From Oikopleura dioica (Eukaryota; Animalia; Chordata): a DNA stretch of 64,000 nucleotides. The stretch covers positions 62,001-126,000 of the forward strand of contig OU015568.1 in NCBI GenBank assembly GCA_907165135.1, in the 5' to 3' direction. The notes beneath the pieces were generated by a model. It had not been told where the DNA came from, did not search any database, and saw only the letters and a program-made list of their open reading frames with translations. Below are positions 1 to 11,252 of this stretch, piece by piece; within the stretch, counting starts at the first letter, position 1; each line of letters begins with the position of its first letter. The position numbers and the translations under genes were made by a program.

Positions 1-397
1 CGCTATGAAACGCTTTTGCAACAGAGCTTCTTTCTCGATCTCTTCAACAATATTTTTCACGAAGCAAATCAATCCGTCAACGCAATTATGGCCACGTGAA
101 CTGGGAATTAAACTATGACTTTTTTTGACCTCTTGACCCTTTGTTTTCCAAAATAAAAGTATCATCTTTAATCTTCAACGACATTGATTTAAATCAAAGC
201 CAATTTTGCAAGGTCGCTCATTCGCAGGAATCGCTTTAAGAGAAAAGGGCAAAACTCAAAAAGGAAATAAGTATGTTAATAATAAAATTTATTGAATAAA
301 AATAATCAAAGGAAAACTCGTGGAAAAAAAAAATCGAATGAAAAATATTCTGTTGAAATAAGGCATTCAGTTGATGCAATTACAGATCTGGAATTCT

Positions 398-1217
398 GAC
401 AAAAAATGACTTGCTCAAGAAAAATGGGCAGTATTAATAGCAATCAATTCAAGAAGCTTTTTCGGGAGTATGTGAAACATTTTAAACAGCCTTGGAGCGC
501 GTATTCTTTTTCAATAAAGCAAGTTCTATTTTGATTTGCGATTTATTTATTAAAAGAACTAGAATTATTAGAAAATATTTCAATGAGACACAAATCCCTC
601 CGAAAAGACTCTTTTTTTTATATGCAATACTGCGAATAGTGGCATTTTCATCTAAAGCCGCGGTGCGCCATCTATCTGATCGAATTTCAAAGCGATAGAT
701 ATGCTCGATCACAAACATAAAAGACAAAATCGAAGATGAAGGTTGGTACTTTTGCATTGTTAAATTTATTGCTTCGTATTCATTCGTTTCTGCAGGATTG
801 ATCAAACAAGCTACTTGACTTTCTGTTCAATAATAAATTCGGACCCCTTGTCCCAGTGGATCACCCGAGCGGATATGAATTTAATAATTCAATTTTTATC
901 CTGTATCAGGAGGCAGCAAGAAAGTCTTTCCGCCTTTGCAAGTTTGTGCGGGTGGACAACAATCTGCCTTCTTTAAAAATTTGACAATTAGATTCAGATA
1001 GAGAAAGCGACAGAATCTCATTTGTTATAGACTCAGGATTATTCAGTTTCAAGTAGATAGAATTTGTTGCAGTGATGAAATTTGAGACACTCTATGGAAA
1101 AGAATCCGGAAAAAGGTACAAAATATTTAATTTCGATTTCACAGAGAAATCTTTCGAAAATCTAAGCCTAAGCTTATGTTTAGGTTGATGAATCGCGTTT
1201 TTTTAAATAAAAGCATT
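398..1217 (+). pseudogene. Decayed coding segment of unknown family, copy 1 of a dispersed ~820-bp duplication
   Basis: Aligns by eye along its length with 14205-15034. In the + frame reading GWYFCIVK...FGPLVPVD...RKSFRLC many differences are synonymous, but stops and frameshifts interrupt both copies. Confidence 0.55.
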
Positions 1218-1462
1218 GATAAGTCTTTATGGCATCAGAACAATTAATTTTCTCACATAATTGGATATTACAGAAGAACCCGTAAGATAAAAAAGACAAT
1301 TTTTTTTTTACTATTTTGTTTTTGAATTTATTTCAAGTAAAGCTTATGGTCAGGGTTACCATCATCAGTACTAAAAAGAAGTTACAAAATTAAGGAACAG
1401 TTACTTCAAGTTTTAGCAAGACGTAATTTTTTCCTGTTACGAGAAATTATGATGATTTTAGG

Positions 1463-4400
1463 ATGAGCAGCCGCCCGACTTTGCACGCGCTTTTTATTGG
1501 AATTATTATTGGAATCTTCATCAACAACATCTTTCTGACGCTCCCGAAATATCTTGAGTTCGAAAATGTCAGTCGGAGAATCAAAAGCGAGAGAAACCTC
1601 GAAATCGCCGAAGAAAGCGTAAAAGAAAAGAAATATATCGAAAAAGAGCCCAAAATTGGATATGACTTTTCAACGCAGAGTTTTAAACGAATCGAGGAAG
1701 TTTTAAAAAACGATGAGTTCAAGTCGATTTCGGCGTGGGACAAGTCGGTTCCGAGAGAATTCATGGTCGTCAAAGACTTGTATTCGAAGGATCAGTGCAA
1801 CTGCAATGATGGATTCATTTACAGCGAGAAAAACACGGTGGATTTTGAAAAAACGTCTGTGAGGAGAAATGAAGATTACAAAAATTATGTTCGAAATCAT
1901 ATTTTTGATTATGTCAAATCGCCGCTGCACGTGACTGGCGCTTTTACGTGAGTAAATATATCCTTTATTGTTAAGTCAGATCTCAATTATTGCAAAATAT
2001 TTTATAAAGTTATCTGAGAGATATCCTTGTTTAAAAATCCAATTTTAGGATATCGCTGACAGGCTTTCGTAGCGACACCCTTAAGTAATGTGCGAAAAAT
2101 TGCCCCCTAATGTTCTACCTCAGGTACCCGATTTAGTGTCGCCCAATTTAGTGTCGCTTTTTCCGAAAAATGGTCACCAGCTAATTCTAATTTAGTGTCG
2201 TTTTTTTTCGGATTGAACTTTATTGACATGATAAAATGAGACTTATTTTTTCATAAAAAATGATTTTATAGAAGCTTGCTTGTAGTTGTTTTTCTTTGGT
2301 TCTTTATTTGGCTTTTCTTGCTCATCCTGTTGAGGATTTTCTTGGATCTGGAGAGCATTCATCTGCATATTGATCTCATCTTCATCTTCATCTTTTTCGA
2401 CTTGAGCTAAGAGCAACTCCTGATCGGTAGGAATATTTTCTTCATCGAAATCGATTGCTTCCAATTCTTCTGGTAAAACCAAATGAGTCTTCTGCCAAGA
2501 AAGAGTGAAAATTCCCTTCTTCATTGATAAGAAAATACATTTCTGCGATAGCATGATATCCTGTTCCGTTCTCGATCAATTGGCAGTAGTGTTGGCGTTC
2601 TTCAAGACTAATTCTCTTTCTAGAATCGTCTTTCTTGTTCATTTTGCCTTTTTTTAGTAAGAAAGCTCAAAATCAATGCCAGTAAACAAAAACATTGTCT
2701 AGAGACTGTATTAAAAACAAAAATAATTGCAAAGAGAAAAAATATGTCGGCAACCATTCGATTCCAATTTAGTGTCGTTTTTTCAAAATTTCGGGACCAA
2801 AAAAGCGACACAAAATCAGGTACCCGAGGTAGCTTAATTATTTGTTAAAAATATTTATGAAATCCTAATGGTGTCAACCCATAATCCATGTTTGAAAACT
2901 TCATAACAACATCACGGGGGGTCCTTAAGTCAGATGTAAGTTCAGACCGATCGAATTCGTCTCAGCTGGCTACGAAATCGCTCCAGACGAGTTGTTCTCT
3001 CCTCACATCATCATCAAGCTCCCTTTGGACTCTTTCGTCAGTATAAAATTCGAAAGCACTGTTGGTGAATTTTTGATCGACGGCGAAATTGTCAATGTAG
3101 AAAATTCTGAATCAATGACGGTGGAAAAAGCAAATCAGCTTTTGGAAAAGATCATGTATAAATCTAAGTTCTATGATGCGAGAATGATTAAAGACATTGT
3201 CAAATTTTCCGTTGTTGAAGGCACTTGTTGACGAAGAATTATATTTTGATAGATTTCCTGGCATTAACATAGGCTATGTTACATAGCCAACATGATCCTC
3301 AACGAAAAATAAAATCACCTCAGAAATAAGCTACAAAATCTCCTTCCCCGTGACAATCAAACGCCTCGCCCTGCCGCTGCTAACTTACCGAACTGGCGAC
3401 AGCATAAATGACCGAGTAACGATCCTGACAAAGACACTCTTTCGATATTCCTGTTTGTATCGCTTTCTCGATTCTGTTTTTGAAAAGTATCCCGGAATCA
3501 CGATCATCGTTGCTGATGACAACCCGGATGATACTTTTGAAGTCATTTCTAGAGAAAAATATCCAAGGAACGGATCCATTTTCCTGAGTCAAATCCTCAG
3601 TAGAAACCAGAGTTAAACTTGAATTAAATCCTGATTTAAAACCTGAGTAAAAACCTGAGTTCAACCCTGAGTAAAAATCTGAGTCAGAGCCCTAAAAGTA
3701 GTATTGAAGCTCTTTCGGAGCCCTGACTCAGTTTTTCACACAGGTTTTTTATCCCAATAACAACGTGAACCCCCGAAAAGCGTGAAACAATTCAAAATGC
3801 CCGCGGAAGAAGGCTGGTTCGCCGGCCGAGCAATGGCCATTTCCCAAGTGCGAACTGACTACTTCGTCTGGTGCGATGACGACTTCATCTTTTACGAAGA
3901 AAGCGACATGGAATACATGGTCGACGTTCTCGACAAATCAGGCTTCGACATTGTCGGCGGAGGAGTGGACACGCACGAGCGCAACGCTTGGCAGAGCTCG
4001 GATTTTATCGAAATCAAAACGAGTCCGGAGGGGTTTTGCTACATTCGAAAACCATTTGCGACGCTGATGAAGCTTCCTGGTTTTGAGAACTGTTATGTTG
4101 TCGATATCGTTTTGAACTTCTTCATGGCTAGAACAAATACAGCGGGCACTGTTAGGATGGGTCCGAAATGTCAAAAGATTTATCGATTAATAGAATTTTA
4201 GATCCAAATTTCAATCGAACAGCGCATATGCAATATTTTGTCGACAGTTTGGGAAGATTGAGGGTCGCTTGGTGCGGAAAAGCTTCAATCCACGTGAGTT
4301 ATTTTTCACCGCTTTTTTCATTTAACATTTCAGCATGTCCGATACTGTCCAAAAGATGAGCACTCTGAAGAGCAACTCAAGCTTTACAATGACAGGCGTA

Positions 4401-4613
4401 ATGTTGCTGAGGAAGACAAAGGAGGTAAGAAAAGAGTCTTATTATACGACAAACAATCTTCCGTCAACCCTTTCGTCTTAAGCCTTCAATAAGCAGATGA
4501 ACACCTTCTGGTTCTACAGAAATCATATGAAGTGCAAAGCGACCGTCCATCTCAAAGAACCGACCAGAAAAAATAAACGCTCAAGTTTTGAATTTACTGA
4601 TTATATTTATTAA
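1463..4613 (+). CDS. B4GALNT-like: B4GALNT1/2-like beta-1,4-N-acetylgalactosaminyltransferase (GT-A fold, type II membrane protein), 7 predicted exons
   Basis: N-terminal TM segment (LFIGIIIGIFINNIFL). Family motifs VTILTKTLFRY, IIVADD, GWFAGR, VWCDDDFIF, FDIVGG, DIVLNFFMART, MDPNFNRTAHMQYFVDSLGRLRVAWC and C-terminal FWFYRNHMKC. Exons 1463-1948, 2946-3220, 3324-3567, 3781-4160, 4202-4293, 4334-4424 and ~4483-4613 join in frame. Confidence 0.88.
2118..2829 (-). mobile_element. Internally deleted pogo/Tigger-like DNA transposon inside intron 1 of the glycosyltransferase gene
   Basis: 25-bp imperfect TIRs (CCTCAGGTACCCGATTTAGTGTCGC, 3 mismatches) flanked by TA on both sides. The minus strand has an N-terminal CENP-B/psq-like start (RKRISLEERQHYCQLIENG) joined out of frame to a transposase-like acidic C-terminus ending KQASIKSFF. 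Confidence 0.8.
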
Positions 4614-4900
4614 GCGCGATCAAATTCAGTATTTATTATCCTGCCAATAGCTTCTGAATAAAAAGAAAGAGGGAGTTAAAAAACGTGACAAATTTGCTTT
4701 TTCCGGGAAAATTCTCTCTGTCGCGAATAAATTCAAAACAGTTTGAGTCCTTATATCTTTGTACGACAATGTTATGACAAATTGTCATTGTCGACTTAAA
4801 CTCTTGGTCAGACAAATTGATATCGGTAGCATGAAGCACCCTTAATTTTCAAGGGGGATGATCATGTAATATGTAGCAGCATAATACTGTTTATGATTTC

Positions 4901-5240
4901 GCTTCATTTTATCCAAAAGCTTCATTTTATCCAAAGCTTCTTTTTATCCAAATACTTCATTTCATCCAAATTTTTTTTGGATAAGATGAAGCATTTGGAT
5001 GAAATGATGCATTTGGATAAAATGAAGCAGATATTTCAAAAAACTCAGAACTTGGATGAAATGAAGCACTTTTATAAAATGAAGTTATTGGATAAGATGA
5101 AGTTTTGGATCAAATGAAATCAATGGATGAAATGAAGGCACTATTTTTTCCAAGGAAAAAATGGATTAGATGAAGTCTAAGGATGAAATGACGCATTGTA
5201 CAAAATGAAGTACTAGGATAAATTGAATCAAAGGATAAAA
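4901..5240. repeat. ~18-bp minisatellite (GCTTCATTTTATCCAAAA) with forward units followed by inverted units
   Basis: About 4 forward units to ~4970, then many reverse-complement units (TTGGATAAGATGAAGC, GGATGAAATGAAG). Confidence 0.75.
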
Positions 5241-5793
5241 TGTAGCCCTGTTTTTCAAAGAGTAGTTAACAAAGCTTGATACGACATTTCTTTCGGGGTC
5301 CTTCTCGACCCCCTCTCAGTAAAATTTTCTGACAATTTTTTTTCTAAATTCCTTGAATATTGAACTATACCAATCATTTAAACATCATAAGTTCATATTT
5401 TATCCGTTAATCTTCCAAAATGACGCTGATCGCACAATTTCATCGGACGGTAAGATAACTCGAAAATTTTAGCTAGGCAGGACCACGAATGAGCTTTAGT
5501 GAGCAGTGTTTGAAATAATGGTCAAAACTCTCGTGAGCGAGGAAGCACGAGCAAAATCCCGCAGAATTTTATTTTGAATGAGCGAGCCCGAGCAGACCCT
5601 TTTGATTTTTTCGTGAGCGAGCGAGCGCGAGCGCAGATACAGGAAGTTTATTATCCTATCAGGTTTTTTTTTCGTTGAATATTTTTGTAAAAATTTCTAG
5701 GTGAAACTTACGGTACTTCACGAAATTCAACGAAAATTTTGATTAAGTGGAAAGGAAAAATGAAAGAAGAATTTATTTTTTGAATCAACTTAA

Positions 5794-6479
5794 GGCTACC
5801 TGGGTCGAGTTGGCCGTCTTTGAGGGTAAATTACTAACCTTTATTCCTAACAAAAGAAGCTTTAAAATAGCTCATTTGATAGATCTATCCTAGATCTCGG
5901 ATCGTGACAGAGCACTTTTTTCAATTTCAAAAAGATTTTTCAGAAAAAATGTCGTCAAAGTTGGCGTCTCGGCCTAAAATTGCAAATTTCAACGCAAAAT
6001 TCAGGCGAAAATTTTCATTCGAACTATTTTTTTCTTTTTGAAATTATAAAGTTTAAAGCCTCCTCTGCAATCGTGACAGAGCAGAATTTTCGATTTCGAA
6101 GATGTTTTTATCAAAATTTTAAAAAGTATGGACTCTTCTTCGCGAATCTCGCATTTTTGCTCGGTAAGCGTCCATTTACCTCGATTTTGAAATGAATTTT
6201 ATTTTCTCGGGCGATTTTAAGCTTCACCACGATGTTAACCAGGCCATAAGCTTTCATTCAAGCCCTTTATCAGCAAAATTGGAGATAATAAATTTCTCAC
6301 CCAAATTAGAGCTGTTAGCATTTCCTGTAGATTTTTAACTTTAAAGTGGTTCTTGACGGTGAAAACGTTTAGATAGCTATAGGGTCATTATAGAGTTTTT
6401 TGTTCCTCAGAATCTGAAGAATCCGATTCTATGGTCAGAAAATGGTTTTAAGGGGTACCAAAACTCGACCTAGGTACCC
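5794..6479. mobile_element. Non-autonomous TTAA-flanked MITE with GG...CC termini (Kolobok-like)
   Basis: TTAA|GGCTACCTGGGTCGAGTT ... AACTCGACCTAGGTACCC|TTAA; 18-bp TIR with 2 mismatches; no ORF. Confidence 0.75.
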
Positions 6480-6821
6480 TTAAGGAGGGGGTCGACGAGA
6501 AAAAAATTTTCGACTTTTCAAAATTCTGATAACATTTTTGAGTTCCTCGATCGAAAACAAAAAATTTTGGTCCCCAGCTTTTTTCGATTAGGTGAAGTCA
6601 ACAATGCAAAAATTTCACTCAAGGATCGTGAATTCGGGCGCGCGAGGAGGAAAAATGGCTCGCACCGAGCGAAAAATAAGAAAAATGGCGTCGAGAGCGC
6701 GCCGCGCGAGTTTCTCTTACTTTTTCAATCGTCTCTCAGACATTTTTTCTGCAAATAGAATTCAGTCGGCTCAGTCCTCTCGCCCCGTCTCGCCAGCATA
6801 TCTGCGTCGTAAACCCTGAAA

Positions 6822-9426
6822 ATGTCATTCAACCAGGAGAACATCAAAACTGTAAAAGAAGCCCTGGAGTTCGCCAGCACAACTTGAGCGCAGAAAGAAG
6901 CCCTAGAAAAGCTCCAAGCTACTTTACGAGAAAACGACGAGGTCAAAAACCAGATCGGAAAGTACCAAGCGATCATCGATAGGTGCACTTCTCTCGTCAT
7001 GTCTGGAAACTTACCTCTTGGCGCTCCTGCTGCTCAGTCCACCGCTGGCAGCTCTGTCATCTCCGCTTCTGTCATCAACACGGCATTCACCCGCCACTTC
7101 GGCACTTCAAAGTTCCAAGGTACCAGCCCACAAGAAACTGATCGCTTCCTCGGTCTCGCCGACTCCTTCCAAAAGAGTTACATCATCGACCGCGCCACCG
7201 GCAAGCCCGCCATGGACAAACAGCAGTTCTTTCTCAGCTGTTTGCGCGCCCATCTGGATGTTGCCCCGCCTCGCGCCATCAGACTACGAAGCCGCCCGTA
7301 AACTCATCAACAGACAGTTTGGCGGGAAGCTCAACCACCTTTTGATCATCGTTTAAGCTGCTACTACCAACTGCGATGGTGATTTGCCGCTCCATGACTA
7401 TGCCGGAAAGGTCCAACAAAAGCTAAACCAGGCGTATGAAGCTTGTCTACGCGAATTCAAACGCGTAAATCCTGATAAAGAGATGACCGCCCAAGACTGC
7501 TTCTATCTCTTCGGTACGCATCTCCTGTCAGAAAAGCTCCGTCTCCAAATGCCAGATCTTTACAACAAGTTGATCGACAAAATGTCCGACAGTTTCAGAC
7601 CAGATGATTTAGCTGCTGTTGCTGAGACACTACGCCGAAATATGACTCCGACCGACGCCAACTGCTACTACTTTGGAAAACGCCGCGATAACAAGTCGAA
7701 GCCCGACAACAAAACTAAAAACGGTAAATGAGGAGCTAACCGTACCAAAAATGGTGGTCAAATTAGCAAAGATTCTGAGACCGGTAATAATGACCAGCAA
7801 GTCAATCAAACAACAGCTCAACCAACCACCGACAATGCACACGAGGATGAATCGGCCATTACCCTTGCGTGCTGGCGAGCTGCTCCAGTGTACCAATCTT
7901 TGCCAAAGCTAGTGCCAGACCCCTACACCGCTAGCATCAAATTCACACGTGACAACTGCTCGTTCGTCACCGACGTAGAGATCGACTCCGGCTCCTGCGC
8001 CACAATGCTGCCAAAGAAGGTAGTCCCTGAAAAGTTACTGTTGCAGCTGAAACCAGCTCCACTGACGATTTCCGGACTGTATGGTGCTGCCAAAAGCCCA
8101 CTTGGCTATCTGGAGATGAAAATGATCTTCGACGCGGGCACAGAACTAGAAGCAAAAGTTTACGTGCTGGAGGATTGCCCAAGCCTGCTAGGGCGCGACA
8201 TCTTCCAATCTCCGGAAATTCGATCAGTCGAATTCGAGAAAACCTACCTTCGCCTGAACTTCGATGGCAGGTACAAGTCATTTTCGCCGCAAAAGGTCCA
8301 AATCAAGCGAAATTCGCGGGTTGGGATCGCCAAACCTGACGGTGGAAACGAGGTTCATCGGGTACCCGATTGAAGCCTGACTTTGTCGGTGAAGCAAAGT
8401 TTTGACCACGATATGCCTACATTCGCGCCTTTGGAGCACCGAAGTACGATCACAGCTGATCTAAAAAAGCTCAAGGCCGCACCTGCAACTTCTCCGCAGT
8501 CACCTGGCGATTTTCTGGAAGACGCAGAGTTGCACTTCATGCCTGGCGAGGTACGAAACCGTAAGCAGAACTCGATTCCGCAGGCCCAATCTTCACTGGT
8601 AGTCGAGGCTACCGAAAAAGTGCTCCCGATGCCCCTACATTTGATACTGGTCAGATCCAAGCTGCTAGTGTCAAAGCTGATTCGATGCCTTCTTCGTCTA
8701 GGGGGAATGTCTCTGGTAAAACGAAGATAGATAGTTCTCTCAGCACAGAACATCAAACTACAATCGTCGAATCTCCAATTTCAACCGTCGCGAAAAATAC
8801 TTCGTCGCAGAATCCTTCGGACCCCGCTACAGATCAACCTCAAGTCTTCCTTGGACAGAATGCAACGTTTCTCTCGACAGTGCCTTTCCAGAAACGAGCA
8901 GAAAGTTCTGCCCTTCAAAAGTCCGATCTGAGCAGATTGGCCGGAAATTTCGACCGACCAGCCAATCAGCGTCCGTCGATGTCGACGACCCCGGTTAACT
9001 TTCCCACGATCCCAACGGAAATCTTGGATACGCCGCTCAAGTGTGTCGTTGCTCGTACATCATCGCCGCCATCTACTCCAAAGAGAAATTGCCGCTCTTC
9101 AGTGAGTACTCAGAAATACTAGAGCAATTTCGAAAAGATCTCGCCTGTCCACCAACAACTTCTCCGAAGCCGACTTGCGATGTAATTCTTGTCTTACTGT
9201 ACCCTCATACGAAACTCTAGGGGGAATGTGATGTTTTACGAACCCTGAGGCCGGAGATTTTATCTGAGGCAACATCTTACTGCGCGCTACGCGTGCATCT
9301 CAGTCGTTTTGTAAATAAAACTCGAGCAACACCTTTTCCGAGTTCTTGTCTTTTATTCACCGCACTTAAGAACACGCAAAGTGGGGAACTTTCTAGCAAG
9401 CCGCAGGATTTGCAAGACCTTACACA
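6822..9426 (+). mobile_element. Decayed Ty3/gypsy-type LTR retroelement (gag + aspartic protease, PPT and 3' LTR; RT/RNaseH/integrase core not found)
   Basis: Gag-like frame from ATG 6822 with stops at 6885, 7354 and 7729 and a frameshift near 7270. Protease motif VEIDSGSCATML plus LLGRD. Polypurine tract AGGGGGAA directly before TGTGATG (9227) and a ~200-bp LTR ending in CA (~9426) that contains AATAAA. Confidence 0.8.
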
Positions 9427-9508
9427 TCTTTTAATTTTTTTTTGAATTTTTTGGTGAAAAATATGTAAAGCATCAATTACAGTTATTAAAAATTTTAAAC
9501 GTTTAAAT

Positions 9509-11252
9509 AATTACATTTCATTTATTTAGCATAAGCTTTTCGCCAATTACGGCTTCTTCAGTGCTACAGAGAAATAGTTGGAAAATCAGAAACATAAAAA
9601 AGCTGTTACCTTTTGTAATGCAAAGACAGAACTGATTTGAAAATTGAAAACAACTACCACAATCACTGGTGTTCTAGAGATTTTTTCAAAGAAAACAACA
9701 ATAAGCGCCGAAATGTTGACAATGAGACAGGGGCAACAAATTTTCGCGCGTAAACGCCCCTGTCTCGATAAAAAATCTTCAAACAAAACTTATACTCTCA
9801 TGATGGACTTGAATGTTGAGATCAGGCCTATCGAGAACAATATGGACTGCCTCTAATTTCTTCCTTTCTCTGAGATCTAAGTTTTTCTCGAGAATTTTAA
9901 ATCTGGATTGAAAAAAACTTTTTGGGTCAAGTCCAGATTCACTCAATTCCTTCTGGTACATTTCGCATTCGGTTATATGCAAGTACGGTTTTTCCCTGTG
10001 AGACAAGGTGAAATGTTGATTGATTCTAGCTCGGACATTAATCGTCTCTCCGATATAACTGGAAGGACAACAACAACTAAATTTATATATTGCATTGAGG
10101 GTGTCCCCAACGATCGAGTCCGAGTTTTCTTAGTCGGGTGAACAAACTTTTTACAGTTAATTATGGGAAGCTGATTCTAAAGCTTCTTTCAGATCTGAAA
10201 CATCTCATCTGGTTCTCGAGATATGACTGTTTCTATGACAGCGCTAATGCATTACGGCTCGATAGAAATGCACTGTAAAATGTGTCATTTTCAAACTTTC
10301 GATTTTATATATCAACCTGGGTATTTTCTGAAAGCTTGAAAAATTCTCTATTCAATGATGCCCATATCGACACGATAACACCAATTTTTCACTTTCGAAC
10401 AGTGCGCCATAAGTCGCAAACACGTGCACTTTGGCGCCGGAAAAGGGTATTAAGGGACTTATCAGCGCGCGATCTGAGCGTACCGGGACATTGTCAATAG
10501 ATCGAACTATTATCCCTGTAAAGATTTGGAAAATTCAATTTCAGAAACTACGCTAGAATCGAGCACAAACTTAAGCAAAATCGTTGCTGTAGATAATGCA
10601 TCGTATCAGATGCATGCAGTTAAATTTTCAAAATCCGCCAAATTTAATGCAGAGAGGAGTGTTCAAGGAATCAGGATCTGCCCGAAATTTGAAAATTGAA
10701 TTTGTAGAACTCAAGAAAAACGATCTCAAAGATTGGTCAGAATAGAAAAATCAGACTTCTTTGAAGAAGCGGTAAGGGATTAAAAAATTACATTTTTGAA
10801 ATTCTGCCAAATTTGATGCAGAATGAAGGGTCTGAATAATAATAGGTATAATTCTTTTGATCAAAAATTCTTCAGGAAGTGCTATAAATATTAGCTCAAA
10901 CTATGGCCCGTTTAAAAAAAATCGTTGGGGACACCCTTAACTGCCGAAAGAGGGTCTTTCTCACTATAAAGCTTGGAAATAATCGTGTTTCTTAGATGTG
11001 TTCATTTACGCGCGAAAATTGGTTGCCCCTGTCTCATTGTCAACGTTTCGGCGCTTATTGTTGTTTTCTTTGAAAAAAATCTCTAGAACACCAGTGATTG
11101 TGGTAGTTGTTTTCAATTTTCAAATCAGTTCTGTCTTTGCATTACAAAAGGTAACAGCTTTTTTTATGTTTCTGATTTTCCAACTATTTCTCTGTAGCAC
11201 TGAAGAAGCCGTAATTGGCGAAAAGCTTATGCTTAATAAATGAAATGTAATT
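9509..11252. mobile_element. Long-TIR (foldback/MULE-like) element with ~246-bp inverted arms
   Basis: 9509-9754 is the near-perfect reverse complement of 11005-11252. The 1.25-kb core holds decayed coding-like sequence and a nested MITE. Confidence 0.75.
10099..10936. mobile_element. Nested TTAA-type MITE (Kolobok-like, GGGTGTC termini)
   Basis: TTGA|GGGTGTCCCCAACGAT ... ATCGTTGGGGACACCC|TTAA, a 16-bp perfect TIR. The interior is homologous to 27103-27624. Confidence 0.8.

Noticed and set aside
4636-5117. ORFs 4636-4839 (-) and 4893-5117 (+)
   Set aside because: The second is a translation of the minisatellite. The first has no recognisable motif or supportable gene model.
7729-7731. In-frame TGA between gag and protease as programmed readthrough
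   Set aside because: The same element has two other premature stops and a frameshift in gag, so decay (for example CGA>TGA) explains it equally well.
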